A DNA stretch of 63,413 bases, counting the filler, from Aduncisulcus paluster (Eukaryota), in the NCBI GenBank assembly GCA_024181965.1. It is 8 parts of 8 records of this genome, joined end to end, with 100 filler letters (N's around TTAATTAATTAA, not from the genome) between each part and the next. Parts side by side here need not be neighbours in the genome. Positions count along the whole stretch, not along the records: positions 3,273 to 10,816 come from BQXS01011332.1; positions 10,917 to 38,183 come from BQXS01011333.1; 6 more parts are not named here. One strand, written 5' to 3'. Below, piece by piece: positions 10,031 to 22,500 of this stretch (positions are counted from its first letter, which is position 1; the number at the start of each line of letters is the position of its first letter). The position numbers were made by a program, and so were the translations under genes. The notes beneath the pieces were generated by a model that worked only from the letters and a program-made list of their open reading frames with translations, searched no databases and was not told the DNA's origin.

Positions 10031-10816
10031 TTAAATTCCACTTCTCGCAGGGACAACTAATGAATCCTTTTGGAATGAAGTATACCCAAGGTCACCAGCA
10101 GTCACAGCATTTACACTTCCCGATATTCCTTTAATAGGCACAGTTAGAGACAGGGATACTAACGAATAAACGTAGAACCCGATGATGTTTCGGGGGTATT
10201 CAGAACACTTTATCTCCAATTGTTCCTGGTCGTAGCGGAATATTTTCCCTTTTATAGATGTTCCTGATACCAAAGATGACTTGAATTGGACAATTGCCAT
10301 CTCATTATCAAAGTAGTAGTATTTATCCTCTTTAAAGTGGATATCTGGGTAATATGTGGTAGGCTGTTTAATGTGCAAGAATGGCAGTACTTCAGCGGCC
10401 AATTTGTGCTTTTGAGGGGTCGTGAGGAGCTTAGAATATACAGCCTTCACGTTCTTATTCAACCTTTCACCCACTTGAGCAGAGTAGTGGGACATTCTTC
10501 CACAGTCCTGGATCCATGACTTAAGATGAACAGGCAAATGAGGTTTCAACTTGCTGATCACCTTCCCAGCTGTAAAGGAGTTAGCCAAGACACAAAGCGG
10601 AACCCAAACAGAACGATGGAGCCGGATAAGATGGAGAAGATCATCAACTCCTTCAACATCATCAAGAACAGACATCGTGAGAACATATTCATCCAGTGCT
10701 GCCAAAGAAAAAAGAACATCAATAAACCTTAGATGATCATACTTAGAGGCTTTGACTGGCTTTACATCCTTTCTGCCTTGGCAAAGAGTGGGGGACAACT
10801 TCGTGAGTGTTACAGG
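10031..10816 (-). CDS. DDE transposase C-terminal region, CMC (CACTA/Mirage/Chapaev)/Plavaka-like, 5'-truncated by the contig end
   Basis: KLKPHLPVHLKSWIQDCGRMSHYSAQVGERLNK fits the K-x-H-xxx-H...I...G...YS...E-R-x-N motif around the third catalytic Glu; the frame is open to the contig edge (PVTLTKL...). Confidence 0.65.
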   Translation of the reverse strand, partial: PVTLTKLSPTLCQGRKDVKPVKASKYDHLRFIDVLFSLAALDEYVLTMSVLDDVEGVDDLLHLIRLHRSVWVPLCVLANSFTAGKVISKLKPHLPVHLKSWIQDCGRMSHYSAQVGERLNKNVKAVYSKLLTTPQKHKLAAEVLPFLHIKQPTTYYPDIHFKEDKYYYFDNEMAIVQFKSSLVSGTSIKGKIFRYDQEQLEIKCSEYPRNIIGFYVYSLVSLSLTVPIKGISGSVNAVTAGDLGYTSFQKDSLVVPARSGI

Positions 10817-11224
10817 NNNNNNNNNNNNNNNNNNNNNNNNNNNNNNNNNNNNNNNNNNNNTTAATTAATTAANNNNNNNNNNNNNNNNNNNNNNNNNNNN
10901 NNNNNNNNNNNNNNNNGGGTAAATTGTTTATTTTAAAAAATACTATTCAAGAATCTCACAAAGTAATCCTTGTTGTTCTTTGTAAAGCTTGTTCAATCAG
11001 ATAATTCATGTCGAAGTTGGATGATATTCTGAATTTTTGGACTTTTCAAGAGCTCTTTCGATTATTCTATTAAATAAAAATTCAATCACATTTAGTTTCT
11101 TTGTTGTGTCTTTTTTTGTCACAATTGAGAAAGTATCTGATTTGGATTTCTATTCCACTGAAGTAAATTTTAAGAGAACCAAAGCAAGGGTAATATTCAA
11201 TCTAAGTTTGATCAATAATAAGAT

Positions 11225-13348
11225 TCATTTCCGATCTTTCATTTTCTTCTTACCCATATCAAGAAGGATATGAATGGCTTCATGTCCAACTCGACTTCCC
11301 ATGGTCAATGTATTTGCACAATATGAACCAAGACCAAAAATACTCTTTCTTTCACTCGAGAATGCTGATTCATCTTGCTTATGTTTTGTTTGTTTATGTG
11401 CTTTCGTATTGAAGACAACGGTGGTATTTTTATCAATGGATTTAAACATCTTTTGTGTCGCAATTTGAAATATTTTATCCCGAGTCTCTTTCTCTTCTTC
11501 TTTCTCCTCTCCGAAATCTGCCTGAACCTTGGCCTTCACTTCCCTTTTAACAGAGTTTTTAACTGTACTCTTGACGGCTTTTGCAAGCGGACAAGCTTGA
11601 GCCCTGAATAACGGAACAGCAGATAGATCAGGGGTCCCACTTTCACAGGCAGCTCCCATGCTTTGGACTAACTTAACACCGGAGTCGACACATTGACGTA
11701 CAAGAATGACCTTGGCTGGAACATGGTCAATACAATCGACAACAAGAGATACGGCGGGGAAAAAGCCCGGTATTTTTAATTGAGGTGGGTGGTCAGTTTT
11801 GTGAGTATCAGGTTCATCAATTACTTTACCTTCATCTTCATGCATTGAACCTTCTCTTCTATTGACCTGAAGGTAATACTCCCAAGGGAATTCCTCGACT
11901 CTGGTGCATATTGCCAGCATATTTATGCCAGGATTTATGCCACGAGCACGTTCAGTTGCAACATGAACTTTGCACCGTCCTATTGTGGGATATGTACAAA
12001 GAACTTGTCTATTCATGTTGGAGGGAACAAAGAAATCACAGTCAATTACAGTTATAAAACCAATGCCAGACCGAACAAGTGTCTCAAGACAAGCTGATCC
12101 GACTGCACCGACACCACACAAACACACATGGGTTCTAGCAAGAAAAGAGGACAGAGGAGAGGAGAAGAGAAGGGAACATCTAAAGAAACAGTCAGTAACA
12201 TCAGGAAAACAACGAAGAGAAGATGAGAATCGATGTTTCTTCGGAAGGCTATCGTCTTTCTCTCCTTCTCCTTCTTCTCTCTCTTCTTCTTTTCCAATGG
12301 GTTCATTCTTTCCCAGCATCTTTGTACTTCTTGGGTCATTTCTTGTGAGATGCAAGAAATGTTCATTATCTCCACACATGTATGAACCCTCAGAGAGTAG
12401 ATCGGGAGATTTAAAGAGATGAAGGGGAAGAGGAGAAAATCTGGACATCAGAAAATAATAATCCGGAGAAATTGATGAGGAATGTGGACTTATACCTTGT
12501 AAAGAAGGAGAGATGCCAGAGTCAGAAGAACTGTCGGCGAGAGTAAGAGGGAGAGGTGGAGGGGATGTAATAATATGTTTGTACTCATCAATTATTCTTG
12601 TTAATTCTTGTTTATCAGCCTCTAACTCTAATGATTGAGCAAGAGTCTGGAACAGAACATCAATATAGTGATCGCAATCTTCGCCATTACAATGATGAGG
12701 AGAGAAAGAAACAGGGGTAGAATAATAGAGCTGTGTCCACAGGATATCGTCAAAGGAAAGACTGAATTCTTCACTAGAATGCGAGGGTTTCATTCCGTAA
12801 TTAAGGGGATTCTTCTTTTTTTTCCATATATCCTCAGTTTGTTGTTTTAATCTGAGAATTTCCTTTGAATATTTTTGTAAGATGAATTCAGAACATTTTT
12901 CTGCATTATCAAAATAAAACTTGTGCTTTCCTTGTTCAAATCCTTTGTTATAAAGAAGACGAGGGAGGGAGAGATCACTTGTATATGGAAGGTTAAATTG
13001 TGTTGGAAATGGAATTTTCTTAAAATTAAGAGATTTATCACAATGTTTTAGACAAAGATCATTCATGAATTCCCACCGATGTGATAGTAATGGAAAGAAA
13101 TCAGTATAGGAACTAAACAAAAAAATGTTTGAAGAATATTTGATTATGTCCCCATTTTGCTCCTTAAAATGAATTCTCAAAACACATTTCCACCTACTTT
13201 CGTGGATAAGTGGCGAAATATTTGATTCAATGACAAAAGATGATAACGGGGAAATGATTAGTTTTAGCCCAATATGAAAAAGGAGTTCAATGATTTCTTT
13301 GGAATATTCAGAGGAAGAAGAAGGAGTTGGACTTATTTGTTTCTCCAT
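11225..13348 (-). CDS. ThiF/E1-like enzyme, TcdA (tRNA threonylcarbamoyladenosine dehydratase)-like, with long N-terminal extension
   Basis: CGVGAVGS, VIDCDFFVPSNMNRQ, DCID...AKV, SMGA and CPLAKAVK motifs typical of the TcdA/CsdL subfamily. Confidence 0.75.
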   Translation of the reverse strand: MEKQISPTPSSSSEYSKEIIELLFHIGLKLIISPLSSFVIESNISPLIHESRWKCVLRIHFKEQNGDIIKYSSNIFLFSSYTDFFPLLSHRWEFMNDLCLKHCDKSLNFKKIPFPTQFNLPYTSDLSLPRLLYNKGFEQGKHKFYFDNAEKCSEFILQKYSKEILRLKQQTEDIWKKKKNPLNYGMKPSHSSEEFSLSFDDILWTQLYYSTPVSFSPHHCNGEDCDHYIDVLFQTLAQSLELEADKQELTRIIDEYKHIITSPPPLPLTLADSSSDSGISPSLQGISPHSSSISPDYYFLMSRFSPLPLHLFKSPDLLSEGSYMCGDNEHFLHLTRNDPRSTKMLGKNEPIGKEEEREEGEGEKDDSLPKKHRFSSSLRCFPDVTDCFFRCSLLFSSPLSSFLARTHVCLCGVGAVGSACLETLVRSGIGFITVIDCDFFVPSNMNRQVLCTYPTIGRCKVHVATERARGINPGINMLAICTRVEEFPWEYYLQVNRREGSMHEDEGKVIDEPDTHKTDHPPQLKIPGFFPAVSLVVDCIDHVPAKVILVRQCVDSGVKLVQSMGAACESGTPDLSAVPLFRAQACPLAKAVKSTVKNSVKREVKAKVQADFGEEKEEEKETRDKIFQIATQKMFKSIDKNTTVVFNTKAHKQTKHKQDESAFSSERKSIFGLGSYCANTLTMGSRVGHEAIHILLDMGKKKMKDRK

Positions 13349-13538
13349 TGCATCAAGAAGTGATCATCTTTTTTATCAGAGCCATTCACTAATTATCAAA
13401 AATATAATTATAATAACATTAATTAATACATTATATAATAAATAAAAAATTTATCTAAAATATGATTATAAATCCATGTCACCTCCGAACAAAAAAAATA
13501 CGTTATTGGTCAAACAATGAAATTCTAAAGTGAATCAA

Positions 13539-16500
13539 ATGGGATATCAACATTTACATATTAATAAGTCTTTGAAAAATTCATTATTAGCGAGTCCAGC
13601 CTTTCATATTACTCATGACGGGAAATTAGATAGTTCGCGGCAAAAACTAGTTAAAAAACACATATCACATTATAAAGATAGAATAGAAGATGGTATAAAG
13701 GCTCTTTGGCTCTCAGATGAATATTATAATAAGTGTTGTCGATGTGGCAAGCCCTTTACATTTGGTCGGCGACGTCATCATTGTCGTCTATGTATGTTAT
13801 CATGTATTATTCATCATTTTTGTTTTTATCTTGTTATTAATTGTAAATCTAATTAATTTTTATTATTGATCCTTCTCAAAATGATTCCTTTCTCATCAAC
13901 CCTCCATAAAATAGGTGGAAATATCTTTTGTGACTCGTGTTGTAAGACTGGTTTTCCTTCAAACTTATTGTTTCTCAATTCTGTCAAAAAAATGGTTAAA
14001 ATCTGCAATTTTTGTAAATCCACTCTCTGTACTGAGGAGAAAAAAGCAAGAAGAATGAGCATTTGTCGTTTAGATCCACTTATAATCTTTAATAAGGAGT
14101 ATTCTTCATTTTTTTGGCAAATGGAAGATCCATATCTGACTGTTAATCGATCATTTAAAATGGAATCCATTCAGTTCAAAAATACATCTTCTAATTCTTC
14201 CTCTTCCTCCTCCTCTTCCTCTTCTTTCTCCCAGCGTCAATCTTCTTTTGTGGCTAAATTTGATGAGGAATATCCGATCAATGCTTTTGTTGTCAATCTG
14301 CTTGTTCTTCCTTNNNNNNNNNNNNNNNNNNNNTTATAGTACAAAGAGAAGATTATAGTACAAAGAGAAGATTATAGTACAAAGAGAAGATTATAGTACA
14401 AAGAGAAGATTATAGTACAAAGAGAAGATTATAGTACAAAGAGAAGATTATAGTACAAAGAGAAGATTATAGTACAAAGAGAAGATTATAGTACAAAGAG
14501 AATAGTATAGTACAGTATAGTATAGTACAGTATAGTACAGTATAGTATAGTACAGTATAGTACAGTATAGTACAGTATAGTACAGTATAGTACAGTATAG
14601 TATAGTATAGTATAGTACAGTATAGTACAGTATAGTATAGTACAGTATAGTATAGTACAGTATAGTACAGTATATAGTACAGTATAGTATAGTACAGTAT
14701 AGTACAGTATAGTATAGTACAGTATAGTATAGTACAGTATAGTATAGTATAGTATAGTACAGTATAGTATAGTATAGTATAGTACAGTATAGTACAGTAC
14801 AGTATAGTACAGTATAGTATAGTACAGTATATATAGTATAGTATAGTATAGTACAGTATAGTATAGTACAGTATAGTACAGTATAGTACAGTACAGTATA
14901 GTACAGTATAGTACAGTATAGTACAGTATAGTACAGTATAGTACAGTATAGTACAGTATAGTANNNNNNNNNNNNNNNNNNNNTCCATAAAATAGGTGGA
15001 AATATCTTTTGTGACTCGTGTTGTAAGACTGGTTTTCCTTCAAACTTATTGTTTCTCAATTCTGTCAAAAAAATGGTTAAAATCTGCAATTTTTGTAAAT
15101 CCACTCTCTGTACTGAGGAGAAAAAAGCAAGAAGAATGAGCATTTGTCGTTTAGATCCACTTATAATCTTTAATAAGGAGTATTCTTCATTTTTTTGGCA
15201 AATGGAAGATCCATATCTGACTGTTAATCGATCATTTAAAATGGAATCCATTCAGTTCAAAAATACATCTTCTAATTCTTCCTCTTCCTCCTCCTCTTCC
15301 TCTTCTTTCTCCCAGCGTCAATCTTCTTTTGTGGCTAAATTTGATGAGGAATATCCGATCAATGCTTTTGTTGTCAATCTGCTTGTTCTTCCTTCTGTCA
15401 CACCTAATCCAATCAAAACTATCTTTAATCGACGAGATATCGTTGAGTTTATACATAGAACCAAAAGGGATTGGGTTGGAATCAAAAAGGTTCCTAATGA
15501 AAAAATCATACTCTCGAGGAGAGAAAAAAGACGGTTGAAGAGACTCAGAGGGCGTCAAATACGAAGACGAATGACTTTTGATCCATCATCTACTCTTTCA
15601 TATAAGAAAGCCGGATCAACTTGGCATCTTTCAACTCAACAACCCTCAACAACAAAGTCCTTGAGTATGGCTACGAAATCCCTCGATCGTTCTCAGTCAA
15701 AATCTGGTGAAATTCCACGTTTATCTTTGGCCTCCATCACCTCTTCTTCCTCCTCTTCCCTCTCTCTGCTTTCTACAGGTGTTTCTCGAATTGAGGGAAT
15801 CAATACTATCATTCTTGGTAATCCACATTATCCAGACATTAAAGTGCCATCACATTCACTCAGAGATATATTTATAGATCCTAATGATAATGAACAATTA
15901 ACTACCGTTGAGAAGTTTCTATTTTTAGATCCATCAATGCATCATTTACCTTTCGTCTTGGATAAAGCCAGAAAAGGGTCCACAACTGGAATCGATGATC
16001 AAAAATGCAAAGAAGCGATGAATATTCTTCCTAAGGATTCTCATGCGTCAGATATTAATCCTTTCATACAACCTTTGATTTCTTATAAATATCCAGACCA
16101 ACATCTTTCCCATGTTCGACACAATGGAAGAGCAACGGATAATGATAGGTTTGATGCTCTGTGTGAGGATATATTACATTTTTTCCCTAATTTAGATAAA
16201 GAAATTGAGAAAGTCTCAAGGAAATCAGTGAGATTTGATTCTATTCCTCAAACTTGTAATTCAATGACATCGTACGATACCGATTCAAGGGAGAGGAAAG
16301 AAAGTGTGAGCATATCATACAGTGGAAGCGAAGAGGATGGCGAGTCGGAAGAGGAAGAACTGAGACGAGAAAGTCTTTCGCCCATCCCACCAGTGGAAGA
16401 TGATAACATAACGACACAGGTTCTAGTACAAGGAACAGCTCTCATTGATGAACAAGCAACTGTATCTCAAGATGGACACTCAAGTACGTCACCTGTCCCT

Positions 16501-19500
16501 CCTCTCGGCTTTCAGACCACTTCTCAATCGCTCAGTCTGAGCAAGACCTTGTCAATTTCTGCCCAGGCCAAATCGATGGCATTCAGTGCTTCGTCTTCAT
16601 CTTCAACATCTGTATCATTATTGCCTATTCATGGAGTCTCCCTTCCCATTAGTCTCTGTCGATCGATGCTTCCCCACCTCCCTGACGAATTCACTCATTA
16701 TAATCTCCATATTCCACCATTTTATCCACTTCCGTCATTCACATTCATTTCACACCCACCACTGGCTTCGATCCAAAGCATGTCACTTTCAGCGGCACCT
16801 TTTAGCTCAGATCATGGTTGTCCGATCGCACTTTCATTGTGTATATGGTTTGTGAGACGAGCAATGCATAAATGGAAGGAAAAACGAGATCAAGCTCCAT
16901 CAGTAGAGTTGTGTTCGAAATCTCCAAGATCCAATTCACCATGTTCTGATAACTCTCTCTCTTCTATTATTCCACTTCCATCAGCAACTTATGAATCCTT
17001 TTGGGGCAATTCGAGGCTTGGTTTATTGCCTCATGAGCAAACATTGAGCAAAGTTATGAAACAACTCAATATGGATGCAGAATCGTTTTTGAACCCGAAG
17101 AATAACTTGTTCTGTTCCAGTTCCTCGAGTAAGGATTCCAAATTTATCCCAATGAAAACACATCGACAATATCCTGTTGAGAATTACTGCATTTCTGTTC
17201 TTGACAGAGCCATGACTATTCGACAGGGACTTTACTCCAAAAATATGCCCCAATTCCACCAATTTATCTATGATAGTTCATTTAGAGTATCATTACCATT
17301 CTATTTCCCCTCATTGCCATGTCAAAGTGGTTCTTCTCTTCAACAGAAAAATGAACTCAAAGAAGCGGGAGAGAAACACAAAAGAGAAGCCATCGTACCA
17401 ACAGGATCCTCTTTCCATTCAGCCGATGTTCTGACTCTTAATCCATCTTCTTCTTCACTTCCTCTATCATCTCACTCTTCCCCAACATCTCTTCATACAT
17501 CCCCTAGAGAGAAACAATCTCACTCTTCCGCGACAGGTCACATTCTAAAACATGATCCATTGAATCATTCTTTAGTGCTCCCTTTCACTTTGAAGCTTAA
17601 ATGGTTTACAGTTATCCTTCTCGACTCCTTACAATTGTCTATGAGTCCGTATGACATAAATATCCTTGTAAAAATGATCTGTACTCCAGTAGTTTCCTCT
17701 CCTTTCTGGAATGTTTGTTCGTTTTTGTCAGAATTGTCCACATATTTTCCTGTTATTGGGATGATTGGTTCACTAGAAATGAAACAAGAACATATTTTGA
17801 CCGTAAAAACCGTTCCAAAAGTGAATATCAGGCCTAAACAAGCCTCTAATGGTGATCTTCCTCCACTTGATAGTCGAAAAGGCGAGATTGGAGCTCAAAA
17901 GCGGCCTTCTATCGATGAAAAAACTGCGAAATTTAAACCTTCAAACCATCCATCGAATCAGAATATATCCTTATCTTTCAAACCTATTCAAGGAGTTTTT
18001 CTTGAAGTGAAAGATATTCCTAAGCCCTTTAACATCAGTGATGCTAATCTTCTTTGTATTTCTGAGGACATCACTGGAAGTTGGATGGTTTCTAATGGTG
18101 AAATTATATCCCATGTGTCCCCACAAGCTCAGAACGAGGCCCTGGAGCTTGTATTTCTGAGGATTATCCATTGTGATGTAAATATTGTCATCTGTGGAGG
18201 TTCTATTCCTTATAAACTGGTCAAAATGCTCCAAGAAGTCGAGATTCAATGCATATCAAATGTTTTTAAGTCCGATCTTGTCCGATTGGCAGCTGTGTCT
18301 GGCGCTCGAGTTTACTTAAATGTCTTGCATGTTGTTCCCACGACAGTCAAGATTGGACAATGTGACAGCATTCAAACGTGTTTCTTTGAAGAGTCAAGCT
18401 CTGCTCCCATGAGAGGTTGTATTATCAAGGTCGAGTGTAGATCTGGTTCCATGTCATCTCTTATTGTGTCCACATACCATCAATTGGTGTGTAAAAAGAT
18501 TGTTGACTTGTGTAATTGTCTGATATCTCTGTGCATCTGTCTATATCAGCAACAATGTCTTTGTTCGGATCTTGGATGCCTTGGAAACCATGGATCATAC
18601 GAATATGAACCTGATTGTATTGGACCAATGTCTCCAAGCACTCCTTCACGCGTGTCAACATGTTCTGGCGAAAATCAACAGCCGTATGGTATTATAAATC
18701 CATCAGAACCATCAGAATCTTCCTCTATTTCTTCCTCATTCAATGAAGACGAACGGGAAGTGAAGTTGAAAGAGGATGAAGAAATAAGTTCAAAGATATC
18801 TTCACTTCAACGCACTCCAGAATTGGCTTCTGCAAAGAGTCTCTCTGGTCGAGATAACTTCATTGTGAATCATATCAAAAAGCATATATATTCAATCGCT
18901 CCACTGCCTTTACCAGAAGGACTGAGCTCTTTTCCCTCAAGTCTCTCCTCTTCTCTCTCACTCTTGATTCCTGTGTTGATAGAAGAAGACAAGGAAAGGG
19001 AGGCTCAGACCAAGTCAATCAAACGAAAAGAAAAAAGACGGAACCTGTTCGATTATAAGGAGAAAACAGAAGCCAAGAGTGAAGAACAACAGTGGTTCAA
19101 ACTAAAGACTTCATTAGCATCTACTCTTTATCACGACCTTCAACAACACCAATTCCAAGAAGAAATATTCACATCACTTCGATCTGTGTTCTTACAAATG
19201 TCAGCCAGCAGAAAATGTGTATCTGTTCCAAAATCCCTCATTTCTAAACGTAGGATAATAATGGCTCCGATGACAAAACTCAAGAAGTCCGCCATCCCTG
19301 CTGATGTTACAAAGAATTACAGTATCCTCTCGATGAACGAACTTCTTCTCTCTCCAATCCTTGTGAAGAGAGGTGTGTTGTCAAGTAAGGTTTTCTCTCA
19401 TTCAGAGCATCCTATTCCTTCTTTTCCACCTCAAGTTGTATCCACAAACACGAACAGAGATGCCAATACAACGTGCATTCACACTTACACTCATAATAAC

Positions 19501-22500
19501 TCCCTCCATTCCTCCTCTGACATCTCATTGCTTGAATTCATCACTAGAGCGTGTTGTGGTGAAGTTCCAGACTCTAATTCGAATCATAAACATGAAGAAG
19601 AGAATATATCTGAATGGGAGTCATCCCGATCTTATTTCCCTGATCTCGGCTATGCTACATGTTGTCGGGATGGATGCAATGCTCCACCAGGCCAACATTA
19701 TACATCGTTTACTCTTAACCAATCATGCATTATATGCTCTGTTGTGCCTCTATTACGCCCGAGAATGCCCTGCTCTGACCACTCTGTGGTGTGTTGGAGT
19801 GTCTGTAAGACGTGCGGGAAGTGTTCTGCCCCTTCTTTCGTCTCGATGCCTTCTCTATTCATCAGACTTGGATTATTCCTCCAACTCTGTTCCTGCTCAC
19901 ATGAAGATAGGAAAAAGCAATCGCCTACTGCAATTGGATGTGGACATTCACTGTTTTGTTCACATACAACTGTTTGTTTCGCTTTCAGAGGATTCTGTGT
20001 TCGTTTCTTTTCAATCCCTCTCCAAAAACTCAAGATCACTCGGTGTCTGTGTGATAAACGAAACCCAAAGCTTGATATGTCTGATATCTCTGACAATAAG
20101 TCAGTATTGGGTTGTTCAGAGCTATCTGATACATCTGACACTGATTCTAATAATAGAAATCAGTTTGGACTCACTCTTCGTGATATTAGTGTTCTTTTGA
20201 CCTTTGAAGAAGTGCTAGTTGCCTTGAGAAAGATAAGAAAAAGCAATCGCCTACTGCAATTGGATGTGGACATTCACTGTTTTGTTCACATACAACTGTT
20301 TGTTTCGCTTTCAGAGGATTCTGTGTTCGTTTCTTTTCAATCCCTCTCCAAAAACTCAAGATCACTCGGTGTCTGTGTGATAAACGAAACCCAAAGCTTG
20401 ATATGTCTGATATCTCTGACAATAAGTCAGTATTGGGTTGTTCAGAGCTATCTGATACATCTGACACTGATTCTAATAATAGAAATCAGTTTGGACTCAC
20501 TCTTCGTGATATTAGTGTTCTTTTGACCTTTGAAGAAGTGCTAGTTGCCTTGAGAAAGATAAGAAATAGTCAAATTGGGATTGTTCTAACGTTAAAGAAG
20601 ACCATTTCTCACATATTTAGTGAGCTAAATACCCTTTGTCAACTCTCAGAATGTGCTGATTCAGCTTCTCATTCCTCAGGAAAGCAAAGGGAAGATCCTT
20701 CCTCAAAAACTGTGCCTTCAACGCCTGTTTCCACACCATCAAGTCCAGTTAACTCATCTATTCATCGGATATTGCATGTAGCAGCCAAATGGGAGAGTTC
20801 TTTGCATTCTATCATGATTAAGTTAGGGAAAATCAATCTTGAGAAACTATATTACTATTTTTGTCAACAATATTTACTCTCTATTCATAATACCTCCCAA
20901 ATAGATCATAAAACGTATTTTAAAACTCCTTCATTGGTGTCGACCAATCTGTTGAATCCAGAAACCTCGACCCCTGCTTTCCCTCTATTTGCCCAATCGA
21001 CACTACCCATTTCAGAGTGTTCTTTCCTTCTGAATGTGATATCGCAGAAACTGACAAGTATTATCCACGGAATTCAATCAATTGCAAAAGCTACTGCGTA
21101 TGTTCTCAAAACAACTGCTTCTTACGATAAACATGAAGTTTTCTTACCTCTTCTTGATACCGTTCACCAAATCAAAGCTCCAGCTGTTCGCTTATATGCA
21201 TGCCGATGTGGAACTGTGGACAACTCTTTATCATTCACTGCTCTTCTTCTTCGAGATTCCATTTGTTCGTGGATGAAGAAGAGAACTCGCCACATCTTCT
21301 TTGATTCGTTTAAATTCGATGAACACACCGAAGAAGTTACTGGCTTCCTTGATATGCATGATTCGTTCAATCCCTATTTTTCTCAAGGTCTCCAAATTCA
21401 AATTCCTCAGAAAATGCAGTGTATGATGTCCAAAGTATGTTATATTTCAGAAGGAATGTACAAGCCTCTTCTTCCCCCTTTTCCACTGGGATTTATTGGA
21501 GTCGACCCTGATTTTAGACAGTTGACACTCTGTTCGCAAAGATTTCCTGATATTTCTATCTCTCAATTTATGTTGGATGAGAGGTTCAAGGAACCAACCG
21601 AAGAACAAGAAAAGACTCTTAAAGATCGCGACGAGAAATCTACATCATTCAAATTTATCCCCCCAATCTCCTTGTCTTTCTATAAATCTCTGACAACACA
21701 TGGAAAAAATCATCTCAAAGTGTTGACTTCTCGTGGAATAGAAAAGCCACGAGCGATGTTCCTTGTTCCAATGTCAGGCATTGCAAGAGATCCATCCATC
21801 CCTTCTCCAATGTCGATCCCTGCCTCTTCCTCGTGTTCTTCGCTCTCTTCCTCCCAAGCTTCCTCGCTCTATCCTTCAGGTCAGTCTTCTCCTCGAGGCT
21901 CCCACATGCGACTTCCCTCAGATGTTGATCGTGAAAGGCATCCAATACCAACATCAAGAGTTCTCCTGCGAGCTGCGAGCAAGACTTCATCCCAGATCAC
22001 AGAAGAGAAGAGTACGTTATTGAATGTCACTCAAACAACGACTCCATCCTCAACAAAGCGATTATCTCTTCCTTCTCCTGCCGTCTCTGCTGTTCCATCT
22101 TCCTCAGATTCCACCAGCAGAGTCTTACCAACCCCCCACGAAGAGGGTGTTCGTTCCCATCCCCCACCCGGTATTTCTGATAAATTTAATCAGAACTTTT
22201 CCTGGCCTATCTTGGATGGAGATCATCTCTCAGCCATATGCCATACATTGGGATGCAAGAAATATCGAACTGAAATGCGACGAATGTGTTCGTTGGTACA
22301 AGAGTCTGTTATATGGCTACAAAAAAGATTGTATAAGGAAAGAGAAAAGCTTCAAACTCGGAGTAGGAAATCTGAGGAACCAAGTCGGTCTTCCTTAGAT
22401 ATTACTATTCCAATGACTGAGTTTGAACGTCAAACAAGTGAAGATCCCATTCGGGAAGAAGATGACATTTCGGAGATTGAGGTTGTAAAAAAGGATATTC

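Larger units (their letters stand above)
3273..10816. mobile_element. Probable fragment of a large cargo-carrying DNA transposon (CMC/Mirage/Plavaka-like), ends not visible
   Basis: Transposase C-terminal motif, BEN/DUF4806-like ORF, duplicated OTU-like/Zn-finger genes, palindromic repeat array and long inverted repeat; no recognisable housekeeping gene, unlike the other contigs. Confidence 0.6.

Noticed and set aside
14448-15251. Tyr/Cys/Thr-rich ORFs (YYTVLYCTIL...)
   Set aside because: Translations of the pentamer satellite, open in all three minus frames.
19913-20563. Programmed frameshift or split gene in Fab1
   Set aside because: A near-exact 326-bp tandem duplication explains the frame change; most likely an assembly artefact.
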